A stretch of 64,000 nucleotides of DNA from Planctomycetota bacterium (GCA_041488095.1 JBGPOP010000008.1:26396-90395), one strand, 5' to 3'; positions 7,833 to 17,726 are shown, counted from the first letter of the stretch. The notes: generated by a model from the sequence alone, not told the origin. Program-made: numbers and translations.

Positions 7833-9397
7833 TTGGTGTAGTCGATCCAAGCCGCTTCGAGCGCGTCGAGGTCGATGCCGGTCAGGCACTGTTCGACCGC
7901 CTGCTCGGGCTTGCCCGTCGCGGTCAGGACCTGCAGGTAGTTCTCGAGGAGACTGTCCCACTTGGGGTCCCAACCCTTGGCCTTGTTCTTCTTGCCGGTG
8001 CGCAGGAAGTAGATCAGCGACCAGCCCTGCGCGTAGCACACGCCGATCCTGTCCGAACGGTAGTAGTCGGCCTGGGTGAATCGCATGAACCCCTTGAGCG
8101 GTTCATGCTTGCCATCCCGGATCGCTTCCTTGATCTCGTCCTTGCGCCACGGGTTCTCCTTCAGCGTGAAGTGCCCGTTCTTGTACATGTACCCACTGTA
8201 GAAGTCGCCCGTGCCCTCGTTGTACCAGGAGTGCGGAGCGATGTTCCCGTAGAAGTAGAAGATGTACTGGTGGAACGCTTCGTGGTTAAGCGTGATCCAC
8301 GTGTCGCCCTTTCCGCCCACCGTGCTGGCGTCGTAGACCACGAGTTCCTTCGCGTTGGAGTTCCAATACCCCGCGGAGCCACCCGGACCCCCGTAGCTGT
8401 GATATTCCTCCGGGTTCTTGCACACGCGGACCACGCTGCAGCGCGAGAGTTCGCTCGAGTCGATCGGCACCTCAACTGGCTTCGGCGCCGGGGCCTCGGG
8501 CTTCTCCTCGGTCTTGCCGGCAGCGCCGTCACCCGTCTTCACCCGCGCGGCGGCCTCGCGGATCTCCTTGGCTTTGGCCGCGGGGTAGTCCAGTTCGTAG
8601 ACCGCATGGATCGCTTCCAAGCGCCCCATCAATTCCTCGATGAAGTCCTTTTTCGGATAGTCGGAGATGATGAAGTAGTTCGCCGACTCGTATAGCTTCC
8701 AGCCCGGAGTGCGCGTCACGGCGTCGGCCAGCTCCGCGCGCTTCCGATCCCGCAGCGAGCTGCCCTCCGCGAGGGCGGGCTTCGATTCCTTGACCTCGAC
8801 CGTCTTGAACGAACGGGCCATCTCCTGGAAGGCACGCTCGAATCGGTTCCACTTGGCACCGTCTCCGGGTCCCCAACCGACGAAGGCGACATCGACGTCG
8901 GGCCGGAGCTTGTAGACCATGGCGTAGAGCTTGACCTCCACACCCGGCTCGGAGACGTTCGAGTAGAGGAACTCGGTCGCGGCCATCTTGCTGACCTCGG
9001 TCTGCTCCTGAGACGCGACCGTAAACCCCTTGGCCGCCTTGTGGCCGATCCAGTCCGTGAGGTTGCGATCGCGCGCGACGAAGGTCTTGTCCGCGCCTTT
9101 CGTGGGCTGGTCCGGCGCTTTCTTGCGGCGGTCGAACTTGACGATCCAGACGTGCAGGTCGAGGATCTTGTCCTTGCCGATCTGAACCGACTTGTTCGAC
9201 TTGGGGTCGTACTTGATCACCAGGTTGCCGTCGTCGGGCGCGGGGGGGATCGACTGCCATTTGGCCGGCACACGGACTTTGAATCCGAGGTCAGTGTTGT
9301 CCTCGTACCAGTCGCCCGGCTTGGGTTCTTGAGCGGCGGCGGGGAGTGCGAAGGCGCACGCCCACAGTCCGGCCGCGATCCACAGCTTGGAAGCCAT
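7829..9397 (-). CDS. Secreted HExxH protein (DUF1570-like putative zinc metallopeptidase)
   Basis: It begins MASKLWIAAGLWACAFALPAAAQEP (signal peptide) and contains WITLNHEAFHQYIFYFYGNIAPHSWYNEGTGDFYSG and YAQGWSLIYFLRTG. The protein is lysine-rich, and the gene's GC content looks locally lower than in neighbouring genes. Confidence 0.6.
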   Translation of the reverse strand: MASKLWIAAGLWACAFALPAAAQEPKPGDWYEDNTDLGFKVRVPAKWQSIPPAPDDGNLVIKYDPKSNKSVQIGKDKILDLHVWIVKFDRRKKAPDQPTKGADKTFVARDRNLTDWIGHKAAKGFTVASQEQTEVSKMAATEFLYSNVSEPGVEVKLYAMVYKLRPDVDVAFVGWGPGDGAKWNRFERAFQEMARSFKTVEVKESKPALAEGSSLRDRKRAELADAVTRTPGWKLYESANYFIISDYPKKDFIEELMGRLEAIHAVYELDYPAAKAKEIREAAARVKTGDGAAGKTEEKPEAPAPKPVEVPIDSSELSRCSVVRVCKNPEEYHSYGGPGGSAGYWNSNAKELVVYDASTVGGKGDTWITLNHEAFHQYIFYFYGNIAPHSWYNEGTGDFYSGYMYKNGHFTLKENPWRKDEIKEAIRDGKHEPLKGFMRFTQADYYRSDRIGVCYAQGWSLIYFLRTGKKNKAKGWDPKWDSLLENYLQVLTATGKPEQAVEQCLTGIDLDALEAAWIDYTK

Positions 9398-9639
9398 CAG
9401 CTACCTCCGTGCGCACGCGCCGCGGCCGCTCGTCGTGCCGGAGCGCAAGCGGCGCTCATCTGAGCATGCCCGCAGCGCTCCGCGCAAGCGGCGCGAAGGG
9501 CAGGATCCCTCCAACGATCCGCGCTCGCGGGGCGTAGGCGCCCGACATCCGCCCACAGGCATTCGAGTAGGTCCCGCCTCCCGGATACGATCGGTTCCCG
9601 CGATCGCCTACCGTCGCCGCGCGAAGAGGAGTCCCAGCC

Positions 9640-12600
9640 ATGCGTCCCCTGCCCGTGATCCTCGTGCTCGTCGGTCTCGCTGCCGCACTCGTGGCGACCC
9701 TCTTCTTCGTCGGTCGCGGGAGCGGAGGCGACCGGCAGGCTGCCATCCTTTCCGCCAGGGAAGCTGCAGTGAGTGAGGCGCAACCGCACGGCGCCGCCTC
9801 CGAGCCCGCCCTCGACTCCACGGGCGCCGGCGCCCGCGAGGAGAACCGCGCTGCTCCCGCCGCTCCGCTCGCCGCGCAGGAGCCTTCCCGCGCCGCCCGA
9901 CCCGCCGGCGCGGAGGTCCCCGGTGTGGTCCTCACCGGCCGGGTCCTTGGAAATCTGGGCCGGCCCGTCGAGGGCGCGACAATCTACGCGGCCGAGGCGA
10001 ACGGGTTCACCGACCTCGCGCTCGACGAGATCGATCCCGACCGCTCGTCCTGGGTGAAGCGAGCCGAGGCGACGACCGATCGCGAGGGCCGCTTCCAGAT
10101 CCGACCCAAGGCCCAGGCCAAGGTCTCGGTCGCGGTGCGCGCCGCCGGCTTCGCGCCTCTCGACCGCGAGTTCGCGCTCTCGGGGGCGGAGAGGGACCTC
10201 GGCGATCTCGCCCTCGACGCGAGCGTCGTGCTCTCCGGCCGAGTGGTCGATGCGAGCGGTCGTCCCGTCGCGAGCGCGCGGATCGCACGCCTGGCCGGCG
10301 AGCGGGAGCAGTTCTCCTTCTTCGGCGGGCCGGGCGGAGCCAAGGTCGCCGAGACCGACGCCCAGGGTGCCTTCCGCGTCGACCAGCTCGCATCGGGACC
10401 GTGGCGCCTAGCCGTCACCCATCCGGACCATCCCGATCACATCGAGGCCGGCGAGACCGATCGCCCCGGCAGCGTGCAGTCGGGTCTGGTCTTCACCCTG
10501 GAGGAGGGGGTCGAGATCCAGGGGCGCGTCGTCGGAGCGCCGGCCGACGTCGCACCGAGCCTGTCGGTGCGCGCCGTGCTGCAAGCCGCGAGCGAGGAGG
10601 GCCTCGCGTCCGACAACACGAGGCCGAGCCTGGGTGCCGCGCGCCGCGCGCGCTGTGCCGCGGACGGCTCGTTCACACTGCACGGATTGCAATCCGGCCG
10701 GAGCTATCGGCTGACCGCTCGCGAGGGGGAGCGCGAGATCTTCGGACGCGCGCGCAGCGCCCCCGCGACGGCTCGCGCGGGCGACCGCGGCGTCGAGCTC
10801 CCGTACCGGCCCGAGACGGCGCTCGTCTTCCAGGTCGTCGACGCGACCAGCGGCGCGCCGATCGCCGACCTCAGCGTCCAGGCGGGCTGGAACATCCTCA
10901 CGCCGCTGTTCGACGAGGAAGGACGGCCGGGGCGGCGCTTTCCCGAGGGCCGCGTGCGCTTCGGCAACCTGCCCGCGCGTCCGCAAGCCGGCGCCGCGCC
11001 GCAGACGGCATCCGGTACGGCCTCGGGCGGCCTGAAGCTGCGCGTCGAGGCGGCGGGCTACCAGGCCTACGAGCGATCGGACATCGCGGTGGTCGAGGGG
11101 CAGGACACCGACCTCGGCGTCGTGCGCCTCGAGCGCGCCCCGGTCGTCTCGGTGCTCGTCCTCGACGACCCGAGCGGCGCGCCCGTCGCGGACGCCACCG
11201 TCACGCTCACCGAAGAGAAGCCCCCCCGCGCGGGCCACGGGCAACAGGTCTCCTTCAATACCGACGACGTGGATACGCAGGACGGCGACGTCTTCTCATC
11301 GGGCGCGGCACAGCGCGCCCGGACCGGAGCGGACGGGCGTGCCTCGGTCACGAGCCTGCCGGGGAAGACCGCTCGCTTGCGCGTGAGGCACGCGGGTCAC
11401 GCTCGCTTCGAGAGCGAGCCGATCGCGCTTCCTCTCGCGGAGAGCATCGAGCGCACCGTGCGACTGGGCGTCGGCGGCACGGTGACGGTGGAGGTCGTCG
11501 ACAGCCATGGCGCGGCGATCTCCGGTGCCGAGATCGACCACCACGGTCCGAACAGCGATCCGGGCGAGCTCGTCTTCTCGGGTGGGGACGGCCGCACCGA
11601 CGCGAGCGGCCGGCTCGCCTTCGAGCATCTCCAAGCCGGAGTCCACCGATTCCGCCTCCGCCAGGGAGCCGGAGGCGGCTTCATCGACGTCGGCGGCGGG
11701 CGGGCCTTCGTCCAGCGGATCACGCGCCAGGGCGGCTCCGAGGAGGAGCCGGGGTGGACCTCCACCGAGGTCGGCGATCGCACCACGGAAACGCTGCAGC
11801 TCGTCGCGCCGGCGCGCGGCTCGCTCGCCGGGCACGTCAGCGAGGTCGGCAAGCCGCTCGGCAACGCGACCCTCCGGCTCTCGCCGCGCAGTCAGGAAGA
11901 GAACGCGCTGCCGTTCGGCGGCGGCGCCCGCGAGGCCCACACGGACGGCCGCGGCGAGTACCTCTTCGACGGCGTCGAGGAGGGCGAGTACCGCCTCGAG
12001 ATCGAGCACATCTCGCGCGCCATGACCTACGAGGCCGAGGCACGGGTGCGCGAGGGCGGGAACCGGCAGGACCTCGACCTGCCGCTCGCGATCGTCGAAG
12101 GCACCGTCACCGGCGAGGACGGAAAGCCGGTCGCCGGGGCGCGAATGCGCGCCGAACGCCCGCCCTCGACCGGCGGGCCGCGGCGCGTCGCCTTCTCCGT
12201 CATGGTCGTGGCCGACGGCGGCGAAGAGCCGGAGGTCTCCGTCGGCTCAGCGGGCCGCGCGGGCCCACCAGTCTTCACGGACGCGAGCGGACACTACTCC
12301 CTGCGCGGAGTGCTGCCCGACGTCGAGCTGGTCGTCGAGGCGGACACGAAGGATGCGCAGCCGGCGCGTTCCGCGACCTTCCGCGTCGCCGCGGACGGGA
12401 TCAAGAAGGGCATCGACCTGCGGCTCGAGCGCGGGGGAACGATCGAGGTCTCCGTCCAACGCCCTGGCGGCGTTCCCGCCGGGGGATACCTCGCACGCGC
12501 CGTTCTGGGCGAAGGCGACCGGGAGCCGAAGGTCCAGGTGGTGGGCCCGAGCGGCACCACGAAGCTGACCGGCCTGAAACCGGGGAGGTGGCGCGTCAGC

Positions 12601-12711
12601 CTCGATTCGCTCTCGGGCCCTCTTCCCGGAGGCGCGAACCAGGACACGCCCGAGCGGGAAGTCGAAGTCAAGGCTGGGGAGACCGCCAAAGCGAGCTTCG
12701 ACGTTCCCTGA
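9640..12711 (+). CDS. Large membrane-anchored protein made of repeated carboxypeptidase-regulatory-like (CarboxypepD_reg) domains
   Basis: A 1023-aa protein with an N-terminal TM segment (MRPLPVILVLVGLAAALVATLFFVG). There are at least six repeats of the type L(S/T)GRVVDASGRPVAGARI...TDA.G.F.L..L..G.Y.L. The sequence AAGGAG lies about 9 nt upstream of the ATG. Confidence 0.65.
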   Translation: MRPLPVILVLVGLAAALVATLFFVGRGSGGDRQAAILSAREAAVSEAQPHGAASEPALDSTGAGAREENRAAPAAPLAAQEPSRAARPAGAEVPGVVLTGRVLGNLGRPVEGATIYAAEANGFTDLALDEIDPDRSSWVKRAEATTDREGRFQIRPKAQAKVSVAVRAAGFAPLDREFALSGAERDLGDLALDASVVLSGRVVDASGRPVASARIARLAGEREQFSFFGGPGGAKVAETDAQGAFRVDQLASGPWRLAVTHPDHPDHIEAGETDRPGSVQSGLVFTLEEGVEIQGRVVGAPADVAPSLSVRAVLQAASEEGLASDNTRPSLGAARRARCAADGSFTLHGLQSGRSYRLTAREGEREIFGRARSAPATARAGDRGVELPYRPETALVFQVVDATSGAPIADLSVQAGWNILTPLFDEEGRPGRRFPEGRVRFGNLPARPQAGAAPQTASGTASGGLKLRVEAAGYQAYERSDIAVVEGQDTDLGVVRLERAPVVSVLVLDDPSGAPVADATVTLTEEKPPRAGHGQQVSFNTDDVDTQDGDVFSSGAAQRARTGADGRASVTSLPGKTARLRVRHAGHARFESEPIALPLAESIERTVRLGVGGTVTVEVVDSHGAAISGAEIDHHGPNSDPGELVFSGGDGRTDASGRLAFEHLQAGVHRFRLRQGAGGGFIDVGGGRAFVQRITRQGGSEEEPGWTSTEVGDRTTETLQLVAPARGSLAGHVSEVGKPLGNATLRLSPRSQEENALPFGGGAREAHTDGRGEYLFDGVEEGEYRLEIEHISRAMTYEAEARVREGGNRQDLDLPLAIVEGTVTGEDGKPVAGARMRAERPPSTGGPRRVAFSVMVVADGGEEPEVSVGSAGRAGPPVFTDASGHYSLRGVLPDVELVVEADTKDAQPARSATFRVAADGIKKGIDLRLERGGTIEVSVQRPGGVPAGGYLARAVLGEGDREPKVQVVGPSGTTKLTGLKPGRWRVSLDSLSGPLPGGANQDTPEREVEVKAGETAKASFDVP

Positions 12712-12809
12712 GGCCGCGAGCGGGGTAGGGATGGCGCGGCCGCCCCTCTCCGGCTCTACTGAGTCGAGGACACGAGCGGCCGATCCAACGCTCGATCTCG
12801 CCCGTCTTC

Positions 12810-15800
12810 ATGCGCCCGATCCACCTGGGCCTCGCCGTCTTGTTCCTCGCCGCAGCCATGGCGGCGCTGTGGTTCTCGCTCGATCGCCTGCCTGGAGTCG
12901 CGCACGCCGGCGCGAGCGACGCCTCCGGTGCCGTGATCGGAACCGGAGGGAGTCTCTCCGACGATCCGAGCCAGGCGGACACCATCAGTCCGGATCGAGC
13001 GCAGGCGCGCATCCCGCTGGCTCCGCCCGAGGCGGATACCGCGGCCGCCGCCGCAGCGCCCAAGTCGAGCGACAAGCCGCTGCTCTCCGGTCGCGTGATC
13101 GACCCCGGCGGCGAGAGCGTTGCGGGCGCGACGGTGTTCGCCTCGAGCGGCGTTTTCTGGCTGCAGATCCCGCTCGACGTCGAGCCCGAGGGCGTGCCCA
13201 AGGGATGGATCCGTGTCGAGCGGACCACGACCGACGCCGAAGGGCGGTACACCTTCAACAGCCTCAAGCCCGGAGCGCTGCGCATCGCTGTGCGCGCGGG
13301 CGGCTTCGCGCCACGCTACGAGGACCACCTCGACCTCCCCGACCGGCCCGAGACCACTCTGCCCGACCTCCGCCTGGAGCGCGGCGTGGTCCTCTCCGGG
13401 CGCGTCGTCGATCGCGAAGGCAAGGGCGTGTCGGGTGCTGTGCTCCTGGCCGCACTCGAAGGCAGCGCGGAGAACAAGGGCTCGATGGTCTCGCTGCCCG
13501 GCCGCGGCGTCCCCCTGGCGACGACCGACCCGGAGGGCGCGTTCCGCATCGACCAGCTCGCCGCTGGCCCTTGGCGACTGATCGTCGACGCTCCTGGCCA
13601 GGCGATCTCCGAGGAGGAGGGGCGCACCGAGCGTGCCGGGGAGCAGCAGAGCGGGCTCGTGTTCCGCGTCGAGCGCGGTTTCGAGATCCTGGGGCGCGTG
13701 CGCGGCGAGGACGGGGCGCTGCCGGAAGGTCTGCGCATCAGCGCGCGCCCGAGCCCGGAGCGCGAGGCGGGACGCAACGCGGGCCGGCCCGCCTCCGAGC
13801 CCGACGCGGTCCAGAGCGCGAGCGACGCGCGCGCGCGACACGCGCTGTGCGCAGCCGACGGGAGCTTCACCGTGCGGGGTGTGAAGGCCGACGTGCGCTA
13901 CAGCCTGAGCGCCTGGCAGAAGAGCGAAGACCCCGGCGGCTGGAAGCGCATGCGCGGGATCGAGGCCGTCCAGGCCTTCGGGGGCCAGCGCGGTGTCGAG
14001 CTCACCTACAAGCCCGAGTCGGCGCTCGTCTTCCGCGTGCTCGACGCGCGGACGAGTGCGCCCTTGACGATCTTCACCGTGTTCGCCGGCGTCGGCCGGG
14101 AGCAGGTCCTGCGCGACGAGAAGGGCGAAGTCGTCCGCAGTTTCCCGGAGGGACGCGCGCGCTACGGCGAACTGCGACCCAGGCGCGGCGGGCCGGGCGT
14201 GGTCTTGCGCATCGCGGCGAGCGGCTTCAAGGACCTCGAGAAGAAGGACATCCCTCTCTCGCCGGGTCAGGAGCTCGACCTGGGCGAACTGCGATTCGAG
14301 CCGGAGCACACGGTCGTCGTGCGGGTCGTCGACGACACGGGCGGCAAGCCGGTCGAGGGGGCGCGCGTGCTCCTCGGGACGAAGACCGACGAGGAGCTCG
14401 GGCAGTACCTGGCGAGCCCGCCCGACCAGGACTGGTGGGGCGAGGCGGGTGTGCGCTTCGCTCGCACCGGTCCCGACGGTCGGGCCCGCCTTTCGAGCCT
14501 GCCGGGCAAGATGGTGACGGCCCGCGCGCGCGCGAAGGGATTCCTCTCGAGCGAGCCGCTCCACGTCCTGCTCCCCGAAGACCGCGACCTGGAGCTCGAG
14601 CTGCGATTGCACCATGGCGGGACGGTGGTCGTCACCGTCCACGACTCGGCCGGGCACCTGGTCGAGGGGGTCGGGATCGAACACCGCAGTCCGACGAGCG
14701 GCGGTGACGAGGAGAGCTTCTCGTTCGGAGAAGCGGCCCAGAAGACCGACGCCCAGGGGATCGCGCGCTTCGAGGCGCTCGCGCCCGGCGTGCACGGCTT
14801 CCGGGTCAGCGACCGCGCGGTGCAGAACGGTTGGGCCGACGGAGAGGCGGATTCGCAGGAGCCGGGTTGGGTCGGGTCCGTCGCCGCCGAGGGCAGCCGC
14901 GCGACCCTGGACTTCCTGGCCCAGTCCCGCGGGGGACTCTTCGGCCAGGTGCGCGAGGGCGGCCGCCCTCTCGAGGGGGTGAGCCTTCACCTCTCGGAGA
15001 TCCGCGATCAGGCGGAGGGAGGGCGGAGCTGGTTCATGCCTGGCTCGAACGACCCCTACACCGCCGTCACCGACCACGCGGGCCGATACCACTACGAAAA
15101 CCTGCGCTGCGGGAGCTACACGCTGCAGGTCAGCCACGCCTCGCGCCGCATGCCCGCGCGCTTCACGGTTTCGATCGAGAACCCGTCCCGCTCCTTCGAC
15201 GTCGACCTCGACGTCGCCAGCATCGAGGGGCGCGTGACCGGAGAGGACGGCGCTCCGCTCGGCGGGATCGACGTGCAGGCGCTGAACCCGCAAGTCCAGG
15301 ACGAGGGTGCAGGCTCGTGGCGCATGGTCCTCTCCGAGGACGACCGGGGCTCGCCGCGGCTCGATTACCGGCAGGAGACGAAGCGCGCCGAGAGAACCGA
15401 CGCCAACGGACGCTACTCCCTGCGAGGTCTGCGCACCGGCGAGGCGCTCACCGTGTACGCGAGCGGCGACACGGTGCAGCCGGGAAGCTCGCCCGAGATC
15501 ACGCTCGGGCCGGACGAGGCGCGCCGCGGGGTGGACTTCGTCCTGAAGGATGCGGGCGCGATCGAGGTCGCCCTCCTCGGGGATCCGCCCGGAGGTCGCG
15601 GTGGCGGCTGGTACCAGGTCCGGGCGATGCAAGTGAAGGAGGACGGCCAGGTGCAGGTCGTGCAACAGAACTACCTGGGTTCCTGGAACCGCACCTGTCG
15701 TCTGCGCTCCCTGGCGCCTGGAAAATACAAGGTCGAATGCAGCCCGAACGGCAATCCAGCCGGTGCGCGATCCCAGGAGCAGGAGGTCGAGGTGGTCGCC

Positions 15801-15836
15801 AGGCAGTCGGCCAAGATCACCTTCCAGGCCCGGTAG
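12810..15836 (+). CDS. Large membrane-anchored protein with CarboxypepD_reg-like repeats; paralog of 9640-12711
   Basis: A 1008-aa protein with an N-terminal TM segment (MRPIHLGLAVLFLAAAMAALWF). Its repeat architecture matches the upstream gene (LSGRVIDPGGESVAGATVF, LSGRVVDREGKGVSGAVL, IEGRVTGEDGAPLGGIDV ...). Confidence 0.65.
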   Translation: MRPIHLGLAVLFLAAAMAALWFSLDRLPGVAHAGASDASGAVIGTGGSLSDDPSQADTISPDRAQARIPLAPPEADTAAAAAAPKSSDKPLLSGRVIDPGGESVAGATVFASSGVFWLQIPLDVEPEGVPKGWIRVERTTTDAEGRYTFNSLKPGALRIAVRAGGFAPRYEDHLDLPDRPETTLPDLRLERGVVLSGRVVDREGKGVSGAVLLAALEGSAENKGSMVSLPGRGVPLATTDPEGAFRIDQLAAGPWRLIVDAPGQAISEEEGRTERAGEQQSGLVFRVERGFEILGRVRGEDGALPEGLRISARPSPEREAGRNAGRPASEPDAVQSASDARARHALCAADGSFTVRGVKADVRYSLSAWQKSEDPGGWKRMRGIEAVQAFGGQRGVELTYKPESALVFRVLDARTSAPLTIFTVFAGVGREQVLRDEKGEVVRSFPEGRARYGELRPRRGGPGVVLRIAASGFKDLEKKDIPLSPGQELDLGELRFEPEHTVVVRVVDDTGGKPVEGARVLLGTKTDEELGQYLASPPDQDWWGEAGVRFARTGPDGRARLSSLPGKMVTARARAKGFLSSEPLHVLLPEDRDLELELRLHHGGTVVVTVHDSAGHLVEGVGIEHRSPTSGGDEESFSFGEAAQKTDAQGIARFEALAPGVHGFRVSDRAVQNGWADGEADSQEPGWVGSVAAEGSRATLDFLAQSRGGLFGQVREGGRPLEGVSLHLSEIRDQAEGGRSWFMPGSNDPYTAVTDHAGRYHYENLRCGSYTLQVSHASRRMPARFTVSIENPSRSFDVDLDVASIEGRVTGEDGAPLGGIDVQALNPQVQDEGAGSWRMVLSEDDRGSPRLDYRQETKRAERTDANGRYSLRGLRTGEALTVYASGDTVQPGSSPEITLGPDEARRGVDFVLKDAGAIEVALLGDPPGGRGGGWYQVRAMQVKEDGQVQVVQQNYLGSWNRTCRLRSLAPGKYKVECSPNGNPAGARSQEQEVEVVARQSAKITFQAR

Positions 15837-15914
15837 GAGCCGCTGGCCGGATGGCCCAGGTCTCCCGGGCCGCTCCTCCGCAATCGTCCGCGTCGCTCCT
15901 ACAATCGCGGGACG

Positions 15915-16778
15915 ATGCCGCGCTCGTACGATGCCTTGGTCCTCGACCTCGACGGGACGCTTCTCGACGAGGCCGGCGCGATCCATCCCCGCAACCGCGA
16001 GGCCCTTTCCGCCGCGTCGGCCGAGGGGGTGCGGATCATGGTTGCCACGGGGCGCTCCAGCATCTCGGCCCATCCGATCCTCGAGGAGCTCTCCCTCGAG
16101 ACGCCAGCCGTGGTCTTCAACGGTGCCGCACTCTACTCGGCGCGCGAGCGGCGCATGCTGGAGGAGCGCGTGCTCTCCAATCGGACCCTGACCCGCGCCC
16201 TCGCGCTCGGCCGCTCCCGCGACTGGCTCACCGTGCTGATGTGCGCGGACAGGAAGCTGGCTCTCGCTCCGCGCGACGAAGTCGAGGCCCACGCGCTGTC
16301 GCTGATGACCGCGCTGCGGCTCGTGCCGCGCGAGGATCTGACCGCCGAGTTCGTCGTTCGCGTGACCTTCTTCGCGCGCCAGCACGATCGCTGCGAGGAT
16401 TTCGGCCGCGAAGTCGAGCGGGAGATCGACCAACCCGTCTACCTGACGAACTTCCCGCTGGCGATCCTGCCGAGCCACCGCTCGAACCCGATGCACGTGG
16501 TCGACGTCCATCCGCCCTGCCGGGGCAAGGCCGAGGCGCTGCGCATCCTCGAGGAGCACTACGGCATCCCCGCTGCGCGGGTCGTGGCGGTCGGGGATGC
16601 GACCAACGACATCCCCCTGTTCGAAGCCGCGGGCCTCTCGATCGCGATGGGGGATGGGATGGCGGAGGCGCGAGCGGCCGCGCGGCGCGTCATCGGCGGG
16701 CACGACACGGCCGCCATCGCCGACCTCGTCGAGGAGCTGTTCCTGGCACCCGCGGGGACGCGCAGCGAGACCGCCTGA
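15915..16778 (+). CDS. HAD-superfamily hydrolase, Cof-like (subfamily IIB)
   Basis: It contains the motifs LVLDLDGTLLD, VATGRS and VVAVGDATNDIPLFEAAGLSIAMGDG. Confidence 0.75.
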   Translation: MPRSYDALVLDLDGTLLDEAGAIHPRNREALSAASAEGVRIMVATGRSSISAHPILEELSLETPAVVFNGAALYSARERRMLEERVLSNRTLTRALALGRSRDWLTVLMCADRKLALAPRDEVEAHALSLMTALRLVPREDLTAEFVVRVTFFARQHDRCEDFGREVEREIDQPVYLTNFPLAILPSHRSNPMHVVDVHPPCRGKAEALRILEEHYGIPAARVVAVGDATNDIPLFEAAGLSIAMGDGMAEARAAARRVIGGHDTAAIADLVEELFLAPAGTRSETA

Positions 16779-16792
16779 GCGCTCGACGGGCT

Positions 16793-17134
16793 TCAGCCGG
16801 ACTTCTTCTTCGTGGCCTTGACCGGCTTGGAGGCCTTGGGCTGGACGCCCGGAGCGGTCTCATCGGCCGCACCCGAGGCCGGCGCGGCCGGCGTCTCCGC
16901 CGCGGGCTTGACGGCGTCCTTCTCCGCGCTCTCGCCGCGCTTGTAGCTCTCGCTGCGGTAGTCGGTCTGGTAGAAGCCGCCGCCCTTGAACAGGATCCCG
17001 GCTCCGGGGCCGATCAAGCGCTCGAGCCTCGGCTTCTTGCACTGCGGGCACTTCGTCAGCGCCGGCTCGCGGATCGAGTGGAACACCTCGAGCTCGTGGC
17101 CGCACGCCGCGCAGCGGTAATCGTAGGTCGGCAT
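16793..17134 (-). CDS. FmdB-family zinc-ribbon protein
   Basis: It begins MPTYDYRCAACGHELEVFHSIREPALTKCPQCKKPRLERLI. This is the classic FmdB CxxC...CxxC ribbon, followed by a Lys/Ala/Pro-rich tail. Confidence 0.7.
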   Translation of the reverse strand: MPTYDYRCAACGHELEVFHSIREPALTKCPQCKKPRLERLIGPGAGILFKGGGFYQTDYRSESYKRGESAEKDAVKPAAETPAAPASGAADETAPGVQPKASKPVKATKKKSG

Positions 17135-17141
17135 CGCCCTC

Positions 17142-17726
17142 TCAGTCCGTCCCGGGATCCGGGAGCTCGGCTTCCTCGTCCGCAGGCTCGGTTTCGGGCT
17201 CGCCCGCCACGCGCACCTGCGCGGGGCGCAGGATCCGACCCTCGAGGGTGTAGCCGCGGCGCAGGATCGCGAGGATCTCGCCGGGCTCCCGGCCTCGCGC
17301 CTCGGCACGCGCGACGCAAGCGTGCAGGGCGGGATCGAAGCGTCCCTCGTCCGGCAGCGGGCGCACCCCCTCGCGTTCCAGCACGGAGAGCAAGGCTGTC
17401 CGGGTCGCCTCGACGCCCGCGTGCAGGCTCCTGCCCTCCTCGGTCGTGACCGGCGTCGCCAGCGCCATGTCGAGGTAATCGAGCACGAGCAGCAGGTCCC
17501 CGAGCAGCTCCTTCTTCTGGCGCGCGATCGCCGCGTCGATATCCCCTTGGAGCCGGCGACGCAGGTTCTGGTAGTCCGCCGCGGCGCGTTTCCAGCTGGC
17601 GAGGTACTCGTCCCGCTCGCGTTCGAGGCGATCGAGCTCGGACTCCTCTCGCGCGCGTGAGGGCTCCGCCTGGCTCTCTCCGTGCTCGTCCGTCCCGGTC
17701 GGCTCCGTCGGTTCGTGGTTCTTCAT
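17142..17726 (-). CDS. grpE: Nucleotide exchange factor GrpE
   Basis: It begins MKNHEPTEPT and contains ELDRLERERDEYLASWKRAAADYQNLRRRLQGDI. This coiled-coil region is GrpE-like. The C-terminus reads ILRRGYTLEGRILRPAQVRVA. Confidence 0.8.
   Translation of the reverse strand: MKNHEPTEPTGTDEHGESQAEPSRAREESELDRLERERDEYLASWKRAAADYQNLRRRLQGDIDAAIARQKKELLGDLLLVLDYLDMALATPVTTEEGRSLHAGVEATRTALLSVLEREGVRPLPDEGRFDPALHACVARAEARGREPGEILAILRRGYTLEGRILRPAQVRVAGEPETEPADEEAELPDPGTD

Noticed and set aside
4740-7841. A 1033-aa plus-strand ORF spanning the kinase-like, lipoprotein and HExxH genes
   Set aside because: It is R/G/A/P-rich with no motifs, and it overlaps three better-supported genes. This is a GC-skewed frame artefact.
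12756-16703. A 1315-aa ORF on the minus strand, antisense to the second giant repeat protein
   Set aside because: Its translation is low-complexity Arg/Gly/Ala/Pro-rich, as expected for a stop-poor antisense frame in 70%-GC DNA. The plus-strand gene has a coherent TM-plus-repeat architecture.
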